From NCBI GenBank assembly GCA_963708785.1, contig CAVPTJ010000010.1:111399-175398 (forward strand): a stretch of DNA of 64,000 nt. Direction: 5' to 3'. The translations under genes and the position numbers were made by a program. Source of the DNA: an uncultured Gammaproteobacteria bacterium. GTDB taxonomy: Bacteria; Pseudomonadota; Gammaproteobacteria; Xanthomonadales; Rhodanobacteraceae. Positions 53,609 through 64,000 of the stretch are shown here, in pieces. How positions within the stretch are numbered: the stretch's first letter is position 1; the number at the start of each line of letters is the position of its first letter. Below the pieces are notes generated by a model. The model saw only the letters and a program-made list of their open reading frames with translations. It searched no databases and was not told the DNA's origin.

Positions 53609-54901
53609 ATGGCGACAGATTCCGCCCGCACGCTTCCGCTCGCGCCGATCGAATTCGGCGCCATCGACAAATTCCTGCGCGCGCGTCTGTTGAAACAGAT
53701 GGCGCTGTTGCGCGACAGCCAGTTGCGCATCGTCGACGCGATGGGTGAAACGGTGCTCGGCATTCCTGCGCCGGACGCCAAAGCGACATTGCACGCGACG
53801 ATCGAAGTCTACGATGCGGCGTTCTATCGCCAGGTCACGGCGAACGGCAGCGTCGGCGCCGGCGAGGCGTACATGAGCGGTTGGTGGCAGTGCGACGACC
53901 TCGTCGCGCTGATGCGCATGCTGGTGCGCAACCGCGATCTGCTCGATGCGATGGAAGGCGGACCTGCGCGTCTGGCCGGCATGGCGATGCGCGCGTGGCA
54001 CGCGCTGCGCAAAAATACCCGCAACGGCAGCCGCAGGAACATCGCGGCGCATTACGACCTCGGCAATGATTTCTTCCGGCTGTTCCTCGACGAGACGCTG
54101 ATGTACTCCTCGGCGATCTACGCGAACGAAACCGAGTCGCTGGACGCGGCGTCGGTGCGCAAGCTCGACCGCATTTGCCGCAAGCTCGATCTGCGGGCGC
54201 ACGATCGCGTCGTCGAAATCGGCACCGGCTGGGGCGGTTTCGCGCTGCATGCCGCCGCGCATTTCGGCTGCCGCGTCACCACCACGACCATTTCGCGCGA
54301 GCAGTTCGATCTCGCACGCGAACGCGTGCAGGCCGCAGGGCTCGGCGAGCGTGTCACCGTGTTGCTCGACGACTATCGCGACTTGCAGGGTCAATTCGAC
54401 AAGTTCGTGTCGATCGAAATGATCGAGGCGATCGGCCACCAATACCTGCGCGACTACTTCTGCAAGGTCGGCGCGCTGCTCAAGCCCGATGGCATGGCGC
54501 TGATCCAGGCGATCACGATCGAGGATCATCGCTACGAACAGGCATTGCGCGCGGTCGACTTCATCAAGCGCTACATCTTTCCGGGAAGTTTCATCCCTTC
54601 GGTTTCGGCGATGACCTCCGCGATGGCCCGATCGAGCGACCTGAAACTGTTTCACTGCGAAGACATCGGCCCGAGTTACGCACTCACGCTGGCCGCGTGG
54701 CGCGAACGATTCCACCGTCGCATCGCCGACGTACGCGCGCTGGGCTACGACGATCGCTTCCTGCGCATGTGGGATTTCTATCTGGCCTATTGCGAAGGCG
54801 GCTTTCGCGAACGTTCGACCGGCAACGTGCAGATGCTGCTGGTCAAGCCCGGCTGCCGTCGCGCGTCGTTCCTGCCCGATCTCCAGCCGGCGTGCGTGTG
54901 A
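53609..54901 (+). CDS. CFA-synthase-family phospholipid methyltransferase
   Basis: NIAAHYDLGN, YSSA, EIGTGWGG, SIEMIEA, YIFPG, YLAYCEGGF. Confidence 0.93.
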   Translation: MATDSARTLPLAPIEFGAIDKFLRARLLKQMALLRDSQLRIVDAMGETVLGIPAPDAKATLHATIEVYDAAFYRQVTANGSVGAGEAYMSGWWQCDDLVALMRMLVRNRDLLDAMEGGPARLAGMAMRAWHALRKNTRNGSRRNIAAHYDLGNDFFRLFLDETLMYSSAIYANETESLDAASVRKLDRICRKLDLRAHDRVVEIGTGWGGFALHAAAHFGCRVTTTTISREQFDLARERVQAAGLGERVTVLLDDYRDLQGQFDKFVSIEMIEAIGHQYLRDYFCKVGALLKPDGMALIQAITIEDHRYEQALRAVDFIKRYIFPGSFIPSVSAMTSAMARSSDLKLFHCEDIGPSYALTLAAWRERFHRRIADVRALGYDDRFLRMWDFYLAYCEGGFRERSTGNVQMLLVKPGCRRASFLPDLQPACV

Positions 54902-54947
54902 TGGAAATTTTTGCACAGCCAGTTCATCGCGCCGCGAGATTCACGTC

Positions 54948-55736
54948 GTGAATCTTTGGCACGTGCTGATCGTCTGGATCGCGGCGAGTATCGTCATGGT
55001 CGTGGCGTGGCTGGTGCAACTGCGGACGCGCAACGCGGGTATCGTCGATGCGGTGTGGGCGCTGGGCATGGGCGCCAGCGCGCTGTTCTATGCGTGGGTC
55101 GGTGGCGGACATCTGATTCCGCGCCTTACGGTCGCGATGCTCGGCGGCATCTGGGCGTCGCGCCTGTGCCTGCACATTTTCGCACGCGTGCTGAGCGAAC
55201 CGGAAGATGGCCGCTACGAATATCTGCGCACGCACTGGCACGACGATCAGCTGAAATTCTTCGCCTTTTTCCAGGCGCAGGCGATCGTGATCGTTCTGTT
55301 CTCGCTGCCGTTTTACGCCGTCGCGGAGAACACGCGCGATTCGCTCGGCGTATGGTGCGTGTGTGGCATCGCGGTGTGGATCGTCAGCATTGTTGGCGAA
55401 TCCATCGCCGATGCGCAGCTTGCCGCGTTCCGCAAAAATCCGAAGAACCACGGCAAGACATGCGATGTCGGATTGTGGCGCTATTCGCGCCATCCAAACT
55501 ATTTCTTCGAGTGGCTGCATTGGTTCGCCTACGCGTTCCTTTCGGTCGGCACGCCGTTGTCGGTGTGGCTCCTGAGCTGGACCGGTCCTGTGCTGATGTT
55601 GGTGTCGCTGATGTGGGTGAGCGGCGTGCCGTTCACCGAAGCGCAGGCGCTGCGTTCGCGCGGCGAGGACTATCGCGCGTATCAGCGGCGCACCAGCGTG
55701 TTCATTCCATGGTTTCCGAAAAAGAGTAACTCATGA
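54948..55736 (+). CDS. DUF1295 membrane protein (steroid 5-alpha-reductase-like)
   Basis: VD..W, EDGRY, ADAQL..F, GLWRYSRHPNYF.E. Confidence 0.9.
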   Translation: MNLWHVLIVWIAASIVMVVAWLVQLRTRNAGIVDAVWALGMGASALFYAWVGGGHLIPRLTVAMLGGIWASRLCLHIFARVLSEPEDGRYEYLRTHWHDDQLKFFAFFQAQAIVIVLFSLPFYAVAENTRDSLGVWCVCGIAVWIVSIVGESIADAQLAAFRKNPKNHGKTCDVGLWRYSRHPNYFFEWLHWFAYAFLSVGTPLSVWLLSWTGPVLMLVSLMWVSGVPFTEAQALRSRGEDYRAYQRRTSVFIPWFPKKSNS

Positions 55737-56806
55737 ATCGAGCGATATCCGAAGCGGCGATATCGCAACAGAACCGCGCGAGAGGTTTGATCGGACTCGC
55801 CGAGCGCGGTCTGCTGCCGGACGCAGCGGTCCGGTTCGGTATCCGGCGGTTGTGCGAACAACGTCTGCGCGACGAACAGGCCGGTGATGCGGCCGCGATG
55901 TCGCAGCGTATGCAAACCCGCATCGACGCGTTGCGCACAGCGCCAGTGGCGATCCATACCGATGCGGCCAACGCGCAGCACTACGAATTGCCGCCGCGCT
56001 TCTTCGAGCTGTGCCTCGGCCGGCGCCTGAAATATTCGAGCTGCTATTTCGCGACGGGCAACGAATCGTTGGACGATGCGGAAGAAGCGATGCTCGCGTT
56101 GTACGGCGAGCGCGCGCAACTGGCGGATGGGCAGCTGATCCTCGAACTCGGCTGTGGCTGGGGTTCGCTGACATTGTGGATGGCGGAGCGTTTTCCGAAC
56201 AGTCGCATCACGGCCGTTTCCAATTCGCGGCCGCAACGCGAATTCATCGAGGCGCAGTGTCGCGCTCGCGGATTGCGCAATGTGCACGTGATCACGCACG
56301 ACGTGAACACATTACACCTGGAGCCGGAGCAGTTCGATCGCACCGTGTCGATCGAGATGTTCGAGCACATGCGCAACTACGGCACGCTGCTCGCTCGCGT
56401 TGCGTCGTGGCTGCGCCCCGGCGGGAAGCTGTTCGTGCACATCTTCTGTCACCGCGCGCTGTTGTATCCGTTCGAGACGGAGGGTGACGACAACTGGATG
56501 GGGCGGTACTTCTTCACCGGCGGATTGATGCCGTCGGCGGACACGTTGCTGTGGTTCCAGAAGGATTTGCGGATCGAACAGCAGTGGCGGTTGTCAGGAG
56601 TGCACTACGAACGGACTGCCAATGCGTGGCTGGCGAATCAGGATGCGCATCGCGAGGAAGTAATGCGCGTGATGCGCGAGGCGTATGGCGAAGACGCGCC
56701 GGTTTGGAATCAGCGCTGGCGCATGTTCTGGATGGCGTGCGCGGAGCTGTTCGGCTATCGCGGGGGGAATGAGTGGATGGTGGCTCACTATCGGTTTGTG
56801 CGCTAG
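55733..56806 (+). CDS. Second CFA-synthase-family methyltransferase
   Basis: ANAQHYE.P, KYSSC, ELGCGWGS, SIEMFEHM.NY, FFTGG.MP. Confidence 0.92.
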   Translation: MNRAISEAAISQQNRARGLIGLAERGLLPDAAVRFGIRRLCEQRLRDEQAGDAAAMSQRMQTRIDALRTAPVAIHTDAANAQHYELPPRFFELCLGRRLKYSSCYFATGNESLDDAEEAMLALYGERAQLADGQLILELGCGWGSLTLWMAERFPNSRITAVSNSRPQREFIEAQCRARGLRNVHVITHDVNTLHLEPEQFDRTVSIEMFEHMRNYGTLLARVASWLRPGGKLFVHIFCHRALLYPFETEGDDNWMGRYFFTGGLMPSADTLLWFQKDLRIEQQWRLSGVHYERTANAWLANQDAHREEVMRVMREAYGEDAPVWNQRWRMFWMACAELFGYRGGNEWMVAHYRFVR

Positions 56807-56845
56807 CGCTGTCGCCTGCGGCTCATTATTGCGGCGCTGGCTGCC

Positions 56846-57120
56846 GGAGAAGGTTGGGGTGAGGGGGCAGTCACCTCTCGCAACGTATCATAGGGCGATC
56901 TCCTTCCAGTCCGTCGTTCCCGCGAAAGCGGGAGTCCAGTGACTTTGTTTTTTAGGCCTTATGAGCAACAGCTTCCGCTGTCCTGCGGCCAGCGGGTAAC
57001 TTTCTTTGCCGGTGCAAAGAAAGTCACCAAAGAAAGCACCTTTGTCGTTCGAAGGTTATTGTCCGCAGAGAGCACGTCCCTGATGCTCGCTGCGGACCGC
57101 GCGCTTCCTGCGCGCGATCA
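56846..57120. repeat. Mosaic of REP/MITE-like palindromic elements
   Basis: GGAGAAGGTTGGGGTGAGGGG (~56846-56866); GTCGTTCCCGCGAAAGCGGGAGTCCAG (56913-56939); GGTAACTTTCTTTGC-CGGT-GCAAAGAAAGTCACC (56995-57028); CGCGCGC-TTCCT-GCGCGCG (~57098-57116). Confidence 0.7.
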
Positions 57121-57290
57121 CCGCTTTCTCAAACCTTCGCGCTTTCGCAGAAGACGCCGCAAGCTGACAATCGATCTCGTCGCGTAGCGACGACAGGTCG
57201 CTGTACACCATCTCGCACCGCACCCCGCACCGAAGACTCGGCTTTCGCAGGTGCCGCGCACGGTTATCGCGTCAAATGGTTGGGTGGGTG

Positions 57291-57320
57291 AAAAAAAAGC
57301 CCGGCTTTCGCCGGGCTTTT
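57291..57320 (-). terminator. Intrinsic terminator of ompA, probably bidirectional
   Basis: AAAAAAAAGCCCGGC-TTTC-GCCGGGCTTTT. Confidence 0.9.
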
Positions 57321-57346
57321 GATTTTTGTTGCTGTTCGCGGAGAAC

Positions 57347-58456
57347 TTATTGTTCGACTTTGAGTTCCGTACGACGGTTGCGCTGGCGACCGGCGGCGGT
57401 GTCGTTGGTGTCGATCGGCTGCGTCTTGCCGAAGCCCTTCGGACCGTCGAGCTGACTGGACGGCACGCCGTGCTCGGTGAGGTAGTCGTACACACCCTTG
57501 GCGCGACGCTCCGACAGCTTCTGGTTGTAAGCGTCCGAACCGACGGAGTCGGTGTGACCATCGACTTCCACCTTCACGTTCGGGTTGCGCTTCAGCGTGT
57601 CGATCGCTTCGTCGAGAACCTGCACGGAGTCGGCAGTCGGCGCCTTCAGCGACGGGACCAGCTTCTCGCCGGGACGCGGATGGTCGAACTTGAACTCGAC
57701 GCCACGCAGGTCGATCGTGGTCTGCTGCTGAACAGCCTGTTCACGGGCCGGCGGCGGCGGTGGCGGCGGCGGGGTCGTCGTGGTCTGCGTGACGGCGGCC
57801 GCGGCCGCATGGCCGCCGAAGCTGTACGTCAGGCCGATTGTGGCGATGCCGTCGGTGAAGCCGCTGTGCTGCTTGAAGCCGTACTGCGCCGGAAGGTTGA
57901 CCGGCGAGCCGTTGAACGCGTACTGCGAATTTTCACTGTTGTTGTCGTGGTCGTAACGGGCCGCGATTTCGCCGCGGATCGACAGACGATCCGACAGGTT
58001 GTACGCGATGCCGACGCCCAGGGCCGCCATCGGATCCCAGCCGCCGCCATTGGCGCGGAAGTTACCTTCCAGCAGGAAGCCCGAGTAGGCCTTGTGACGC
58101 ACGGCGCCCAGCGCACCCATGATGTAAGGACGCCAGCTGTTGCCTACGTCGCCGAAATACCAGCGGCCGGCAACGTCAAGCTGCACGCTTTCCCACTGAT
58201 GGCCCGCGCGCGGCGAGCTGTCTTTGAAATCGGCATTGTTGATGCCGTATTCCAGGTCGACGGACAGGTTCGGATTGACCCACGCGCCCAGACCGATACC
58301 CGAATACAGGGACGACTTGGTGGTGCGGTTGCTGTCGGGAATGTCCACGCCAACGCGCGGTGCGAGATACCAACTGCTGACGAAGTCCTGCGCCTGAGCG
58401 ACGCTGACGCCGCCCAGTCCCAGGGCGATCAGCACAAACAAGGTGTTACGTTTCAT
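57347..58456 (-). CDS. OmpA-family outer membrane protein (MopB-like)
   Basis: Signal peptide, beta-barrel ending GLTYSF, poly-Pro linker, GHTDSVGS..YN.KLS.RRA, NRRTE. Confidence 0.93.
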   Translation of the reverse strand: MKRNTLFVLIALGLGGVSVAQAQDFVSSWYLAPRVGVDIPDSNRTTKSSLYSGIGLGAWVNPNLSVDLEYGINNADFKDSSPRAGHQWESVQLDVAGRWYFGDVGNSWRPYIMGALGAVRHKAYSGFLLEGNFRANGGGWDPMAALGVGIAYNLSDRLSIRGEIAARYDHDNNSENSQYAFNGSPVNLPAQYGFKQHSGFTDGIATIGLTYSFGGHAAAAAVTQTTTTPPPPPPPPAREQAVQQQTTIDLRGVEFKFDHPRPGEKLVPSLKAPTADSVQVLDEAIDTLKRNPNVKVEVDGHTDSVGSDAYNQKLSERRAKGVYDYLTEHGVPSSQLDGPKGFGKTQPIDTNDTAAGRQRNRRTELKVEQ

Positions 58457-58675
58457 CGGAGTCTCCTTTACTTAGTTATTCTAGAGCGACCGCGAATACC
58501 TTTTGCGGCGCGCTTACACGTCAACAGCCGGCTCACATCTATACCGCGTTAAGTATATGTTATCACAACGCTAACACGCCCGGCGGAGTCTAGCACTATG
58601 ATTTCGCTGGCTCCAGCCCTGCCCGTTCATTATTTAGTCAGAAAAAAGCCATAAATTTTTAGCGGCGGTACAGGC

Positions 58676-60124
58676 TTATAGCGCGAACAGCGTCATCCAT
58701 TCCTGAACAGGCATTTCGGACATGCGCTTCGGATCGCCCGCGATCTCGAGAATGCGCGACACCTGCCGCGACGGCAGATGCCCCGCCAACGCGTCTTCCA
58801 CCTTGCGCACGAGCACCGGGATACCTTCGCCGCGCCGTTTGCGATGACCGATCGGATAGTCGATCGAGATCTTCTCGCTCTTGCTGCCGTCCTTGAAGAA
58901 CACCTGCACGGAATTGCCGATATAACGTTTCTCGGGGTCGAAATAATCTTTTGTAAATTGCGGGTTCTCTTTCACCGTCATCCTGGCGCGCAGCGCGTCG
59001 ATGCGCGGATCGGCGGCGACGGCATCTGCGTAATCGTCGGCGGTCAACCGTCCGAAGATCAATGGAACGGCAACCATGTACTGGATGCAGTGATCGCGGT
59101 CGGCGTAGTTGGCGAGCGGACCGGTCTTGTCGATGATGCGCACACCGGCTTCTTGCGTTTCGATTTCGATGCGCTCGATCTGATCGATCTTCATCGCGAC
59201 ATGCGGGTGCAACTGCATCGCCGCCTCAACCGCTGTCTGCGCGTGGAATTCGGCCGGGAACGAAATCTTGAACAGGACATTTTCCATCACGTAGCTGCCG
59301 AACGGACGCTCGAAGTCGAACGCCTTTCCCTTGAAGGCGACGTCGTAGAAGCCCCACGTCTTGGCGCTCAGCGCGGACGGATAACCGACGCAGCCCTTCA
59401 CCGCGTTGAGCGCATGCGTGACGGCACGGCGGCACGCGTCGCCCGCTGCCCAGCTCTTGCGCGGGCCGGTATTCGGCGCGTGGCGGTAGGTGCGCAGCAC
59501 GCCGTTGTCGATCCAGCTATGCGAGACGGCGTTGACGATGTCGTCCTTGCTGCCGCCGAGCATGTGCGTCGCGACAGCAGTCGAGGCCAGACGCACGAGG
59601 ATCACGTGATCGAGTCCGACCCGATTGAACGAATTTTTCAGCGCGTAGCAACCCTGGATTTCGTGCGCTTTGATCGCATACGTCAGCACGTCGCGCACCG
59701 TCAGCGGCAGCTTGCCTTCGCGCAGGTTCTTGCGCGAGACGTAATCGGCAACGGCGAGGATCGCGCCGAGGTTGTCCGACGGGTGGCCCCACTCCGCCGC
59801 GAGCCAGGTGTCGTTGAAATCCAGCCAACGCACCTGCACGCCGATGTTGTACGCGGCCTGCACCGGATCGAGTTCGAAACTCGTGCCCGGGACACGCGCA
59901 CCGCCTGGCAATGTCGCGCCAGGTACCAGCGGACCCAGATGCTTCACGCATTCGGGAAACTTCATCGCCAGCATCGCGCAGCCGAGCGAATCGAGCAGCA
60001 TGTAGCGCGCGGTGTCGTACGCTTCCTTCGAATCGATGGTGTAGTCGGCGACATAATCGGCGATGTCGACCATCGGCTGGTCGGGGTCCGGCCGCGCGGC
60101 CGAGCGGATGTCGTGATGACTCAT
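58676..60124 (-). CDS. prpD: 2-methylcitrate dehydratase
   Basis: RWLDFNDTWLAAEWGHPSDN, RKSWAAGDA, FKISFPAEFH, DRDHCIQY. Confidence 0.97.
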   Translation of the reverse strand: MSHHDIRSAARPDPDQPMVDIADYVADYTIDSKEAYDTARYMLLDSLGCAMLAMKFPECVKHLGPLVPGATLPGGARVPGTSFELDPVQAAYNIGVQVRWLDFNDTWLAAEWGHPSDNLGAILAVADYVSRKNLREGKLPLTVRDVLTYAIKAHEIQGCYALKNSFNRVGLDHVILVRLASTAVATHMLGGSKDDIVNAVSHSWIDNGVLRTYRHAPNTGPRKSWAAGDACRRAVTHALNAVKGCVGYPSALSAKTWGFYDVAFKGKAFDFERPFGSYVMENVLFKISFPAEFHAQTAVEAAMQLHPHVAMKIDQIERIEIETQEAGVRIIDKTGPLANYADRDHCIQYMVAVPLIFGRLTADDYADAVAADPRIDALRARMTVKENPQFTKDYFDPEKRYIGNSVQVFFKDGSKSEKISIDYPIGHRKRRGEGIPVLVRKVEDALAGHLPSRQVSRILEIAGDPKRMSEMPVQEWMTLFAL

Positions 60125-60214
60125 GGGATGAATTATCGGTAATGTGAATCCGTTATTTTGCCAGACCGCGCTTGCTAATGTATGCGCGAGTCGAAACCGG
60201 CCCGGAGATCAGCT

Positions 60215-61231
60215 ATGAAAGCCGTCGGACTGACCCGTTACCTGCCGCTCGACGATCCCGCTTCGCTGCGCGACGTCGACATCGCAACACCGACCGCACA
60301 AGGCCGCGATCTGCTCGTGCGCGTGAAAGCGGTTTCGGTCAATCCCGTGGACACCAAGGTCCGCTCGACGGTCAAGGAAGAATTGCCGGTTCCTAAAATC
60401 CTCGGCTACGACGCAGCCGGCACCGTTGAAGCCGTCGGCAGCGACGTCACCCTGTTCAAGCCCGGCGACGAGGTTTTCTACGCGGGCGACGTCACGCGGT
60501 CCGGCACAAATGCCGAACTGCATCTGGTCGACGAACGCATCGTCGGCCGCAAACCGGCAGCGCTGGATTTCGCCGAATCGGCAGCCCTCCCGCTGACCAG
60601 CCTCACGGCGTGGGAGCTGATGTTCGAGCGCATGCGCATCGATATGAACGGCACCGACCGCGGCAAACGTCTGCTGATCCTTTCCGGCGCCGGCGGCGTT
60701 GGTTCGATGGCGATCCAGTTCGCCAAACTCGCCGGACTCGTCGTGATCGCCACCGCCTCGCGTGCCGAGACGCAGGACTGGTGCAAGGCGCTGGGCGCCG
60801 ACTATGTCATCGACCATCGCAAACCGATCAAGGACGAATTGCACACGGTAGGTTTCGAGCGCGTCGATTACATCGTCAACCTCGTCGATACCGACGGCTA
60901 CTGGAAACTGATGGGCGAACTGATCGCGCCGCAGGGTCACATCGGTTGCATCGTCGAGCCGAAGAAAGAGGTATACGTCGGCAATCCGCTCAAGGACGCC
61001 AGTATCGGCATCCATTGGGAAAGCATGTTCACGCGGTCGCGGCATAAAACCGCCGACATGATCGAGCAGCACAGGATTCTCGATCGTGTCGCCGATCTGA
61101 TCGACGGCAAGAAGATCCGGACGACGCTGCGTGAGCGGCTTGGGCCGATCAATGCGGTGAATCTCCGGCAGGCGCATCGGATCGTCGAATCGGGGAAGTC
61201 GATCGGGAAGGTGGTGCTCTCGGCGTGGTGA
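60215..61231 (+). CDS. Zinc-binding ADH-family (quinone oxidoreductase-like) protein
   Basis: SVNPVDTK, LGYDAAG, AALPLT..TAWE, GAGGVG. Confidence 0.92.
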   Translation: MKAVGLTRYLPLDDPASLRDVDIATPTAQGRDLLVRVKAVSVNPVDTKVRSTVKEELPVPKILGYDAAGTVEAVGSDVTLFKPGDEVFYAGDVTRSGTNAELHLVDERIVGRKPAALDFAESAALPLTSLTAWELMFERMRIDMNGTDRGKRLLILSGAGGVGSMAIQFAKLAGLVVIATASRAETQDWCKALGADYVIDHRKPIKDELHTVGFERVDYIVNLVDTDGYWKLMGELIAPQGHIGCIVEPKKEVYVGNPLKDASIGIHWESMFTRSRHKTADMIEQHRILDRVADLIDGKKIRTTLRERLGPINAVNLRQAHRIVESGKSIGKVVLSAW

Positions 61232-61318
61232 ATGGGCTTGGCCCGACGACCGTCTCATGGACTGAGAATCCGGAAGGGCATTATTCACATCCAAGCCCGC
61301 GCGGAGGACAATCCCATC

Positions 61319-64000
61319 ATGGCGCTAGAACATTTCCATCCCGCCGTCGCCGCATGGTTCGCAAGCGCGTTTCCCGAACCCACGGCGCCGCAGTTGCGCG
61401 CCTGGCCTGCGATCAAACAACACCGCCACACGCTGATTGCGGCGCCGACCGGTAGCGGCAAGACATTGTCGGCCTTCATGGCCGCCATCGACGATCTGGT
61501 CCGCCGCGGCCTCGAAGCGCCGTTGCCGGACGAAACGGCCGTCGTCTATGTTTCGCCGCTCAAGGCGTTGTCCAACGACATCCGCATCAACCTCGACGCG
61601 CCCATCGCCGGCATCCGCGACAAGCTGCTCGAGATGGGTTTGCCCGATGTCGAGATCCGCACCGCGGTGCGCACCGGCGACACTCCGCAGTCCGACCGCC
61701 TCGACATGCGCAAGCGCCCGCCGCACATCGTGGTGACGACGCCGGAGTCGCTGTACATCCTGCTCGGCTCGGAATCCGGCCGCGCCATGCTGGCAACGAC
61801 GCAGAGCGTGATCGTCGACGAAATCCATGCGCTCGCGCCGAGCAAGCGCGGCGCGCACCTGGCGCTGTCGCTGGAACGCCTCGAAGCGCTGTGCGGACGC
61901 AAGCTCACGCGCATCGGTCTGTCCGCCACGCAGAAACCGATCAGCGAAGTCGCCAGGTTCCTGCTCGGCGGCAACCCACCCGAGGATTGCGAAATCGTCG
62001 ACGTCGGCTATTCGCGCAAACGCGATCTGGCCATCGAAGTGCCGCCCGCGCCGCTGCAGGCGGTCATGTCCGGCGACGTGTGGGAACAGGTTTACGCGCG
62101 CCTTGCCGAACTGATTCAGCAACATCGCACGACGCTGGTTTTCGTCAACACGCGCCGCATGGCCGAGCGCGCTGCGCGCCATCTCACCGAAAAACTCGGC
62201 AAGGAAGCGGTCAGTTCGCATCACGGCAGCCTGTCGCGTGAATTGCGGCTCCATGCCGAACAACGTTTGAAGCGCGGCGAATTGCGCGCGCTGGTGGCGA
62301 CCTCGTCGCTGGAACTGGGCATCGACGTCGGCGACGTCGATCTGGTCTGCCAGCTCAGTTCGCCGCGAGCGATCTCCACGTTCCTGCAGCGCGTCGGCCG
62401 CTCCGGCCATGCCGTGATCGGCACGCCGAAAGGCCGGCTGTTCCCGCAATCGCGCGACGATCTCATCGAATGCGCGGCACTGCTCGACTGCGTGCGCCGC
62501 GGCGAACTCGATGAACTGAAAGTGGAGAAGAACGCGCTCGACGTGCTCGCGCAGCAGATCGTCGCCGAAGTGGCGTGCCGCGAATGGAACGAAGCGGAAC
62601 TGCTCGCGCTGTTCAAGCGCAGCTATCCGTTCGCGGAATTGTCGAAAGAAGTGTTCACCGGCATCCTGCGCATGCTCGCCGAAGGTTATTCGACCCGTCG
62701 CGGCCCGCGTTCGGCGTACCTGCATCGCGACGCGGTGAACGGCGTGCTGCGCGCGCGCAAAGGCGCGCGGCTCACCGCGATCACTTCGGGCGGCGCGATC
62801 CCCGACACCGCCGACTACGAAGTGATGCTCGAGCCGCAATCGCAACGCGTGGGCACGGTGCACGAGGATTTCGCCGTCGAAAGTCTCGCCGGCGATGTGT
62901 TCCAGCTCGGCAACACGTCGTATCGCATCCTGCGCGTCGAAGCGGGCCGCGTGCGCGTCGAGGATGCGGCCGGCCAACCGCCAACGATCCCGTTCTGGCT
63001 CGGCGAAGCGCCGGGCCGCACCGATGAACTGTCGTTCGCCGTTTCGCGATTGCGCGAGGAAATTTCCGAACGCCTCGAGGACAGCGCCGACACCGCGCTG
63101 AAATGGTTGCGCGATGAGGTCGTGCTGCCCGAGTCGGCGGCGCGGCAGATCGTCGACTATCTCGGCGGCGCGAAAGCCGCACTCGGCATCCTGCCGACAC
63201 AAACCGAAATGGCGATGGAACGTTTCTTCGACGAGTCCGGCGGCATGCAGCTGGTCATCCATACGCCGTATGGAAGCCGTCTGAATCGCGCGTGGGGATT
63301 GGCGTTGCGCAAGCGTTTCTGCCGCTCGTTCAATTTCGAATTGCAGGCCGCGGCGACGGAAGACGCGATCGTGCTGTCGCTGTCGACCAGCCACAGTTTC
63401 CCGCTCGAGGAAGTCACGCATTATCTTCACTCGAATTCCGTGTGCGACGTGCTCACGCAAGCGCTGCTCGACGCGCCGATGTTCGGCGTGCGCTGGCGCT
63501 GGAACGCGACGACCTCGCTCGCGCTGCCGCGTTTCCAGGGCGGATCGAAAGTGCCGCCGCAACTGCAGCGCATGAAGTCGGAAGATTTGTTGGCGACGGT
63601 GTTCCCCGATCAGGTCGCGTGCCTGGAAAACATCGTCGGCGAGCGGCAGATACCCGAACATCCGATGGTCGCGCAGACGTTGCACGATTGCCTGTACGAG
63701 GCGATGGATCTTTCCGGTCTGGAAAAACTGTTGCGCCGGCTCGAAGCCGGCCAAGTGCGTTTCTTCTGCCGCGATCTCACCGCGCCCTCACCGCTCGCCG
63801 CCGAAGTGCTGACCGCGCGGCCGTATGCCTATCTCGACGACGCGCCGCTCGAAGAACGCCGCACGCAGGCGGTGATGAGCCGGCAATGGGGCGACATCAA
63901 CTCGACCGACGATTTCGGCAAGCTCGATATCGACGCTATCGTCTCGGTGCGCGAGGAAGCGTGGCCGCAAGTACGCAACGCCGACGAACTGCACGAAGCG
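61319..64000 (+). CDS. lhr: Lhr-family DEAH-box helicase, truncated by the window end
   Basis: Manual translation: [14 protein letters not shown]...[49 protein letters not shown]. Not in the ORF track. Confidence 0.93.
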   Translation, partial: MALEHFHPAVAAWFASAFPEPTAPQLRAWPAIKQHRHTLIAAPTGSGKTLSAFMAAIDDLVRRGLEAPLPDETAVVYVSPLKALSNDIRINLDAPIAGIRDKLLEMGLPDVEIRTAVRTGDTPQSDRLDMRKRPPHIVVTTPESLYILLGSESGRAMLATTQSVIVDEIHALAPSKRGAHLALSLERLEALCGRKLTRIGLSATQKPISEVARFLLGGNPPEDCEIVDVGYSRKRDLAIEVPPAPLQAVMSGDVWEQVYARLAELIQQHRTTLVFVNTRRMAERAARHLTEKLGKEAVSSHHGSLSRELRLHAEQRLKRGELRALVATSSLELGIDVGDVDLVCQLSSPRAISTFLQRVGRSGHAVIGTPKGRLFPQSRDDLIECAALLDCVRRGELDELKVEKNALDVLAQQIVAEVACREWNEAELLALFKRSYPFAELSKEVFTGILRMLAEGYSTRRGPRSAYLHRDAVNGVLRARKGARLTAITSGGAIPDTADYEVMLEPQSQRVGTVHEDFAVESLAGDVFQLGNTSYRILRVEAGRVRVEDAAGQPPTIPFWLGEAPGRTDELSFAVSRLREEISERLEDSADTALKWLRDEVVLPESAARQIVDYLGGAKAALGILPTQTEMAMERFFDESGGMQLVIHTPYGSRLNRAWGLALRKRFCRSFNFELQAAATEDAIVLSLSTSHSFPLEEVTHYLHSNSVCDVLTQALLDAPMFGVRWRWNATTSLALPRFQGGSKVPPQLQRMKSEDLLATVFPDQVACLENIVGERQIPEHPMVAQTLHDCLYEAMDLSGLEKLLRRLEAGQVRFFCRDLTAPSPLAAEVLTARPYAYLDDAPLEERRTQAVMSRQWGDINSTDDFGKLDIDAIVSVREEAWPQVRNADELHEA

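Noticed and set aside
57326-63754. Long antisense ORFs (57326-58552, 58778-60142, 61325-63754) and similar ones across the window
   Set aside because: Expected in high-GC DNA opposite ompA, prpD, lhr and other clear genes.

Overview
A high-GC gammaproteobacterial window, by inference Xanthomonadales/Rhodanobacteraceae (Rudaea/Dokdonella-like). Positions 1-13362 are the right end of a visibly lower-GC island, closed by a 3' fragment of a tRNA-Leu gene (att-like site, 13340-13362). The island carries a kelch-repeat gene that runs off the window and is missing from the ORF track, a secreted YD-repeat/IPT/beta-sandwich protein, an XRE regulator and a MauG/CcP-family di-heme protein. It also holds a DUF4242 + two Phi-1/EXORDIUM-like paralogs + STAND-LuxR module full of frameshifts, and an IS3 element. 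The rest is mostly backbone. Left part: an S53 protease, a stress-type cluster (YghA-like SDR, NodS-type methylase, PIG-L, ACAD-like, GT2, receiver protein, cytochrome c relic) and a nine-gene leu/ilv operon with an unannotated Ile/Leu/Val leader-peptide attenuator. Middle: purA, whose first 38 bp are duplicated around a structured ~150 bp insert, then hflCKX-hfq-miaA, higBA, and tdh and kbl split by two secreted-protein genes. Right part: a desaturase/methylase (furan fatty acid-like) operon, a REP/MITE mosaic, ompA, prpD and a partial lhr. Best novelty candidates: the kelch + YD-IPT + MauG-like module, the purA 5' duplication element, the C-terminal DTLFADGFD motif, and the higBA operator overlapping a probable miaA promoter. 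All family calls come from motif recognition; no searches were run.
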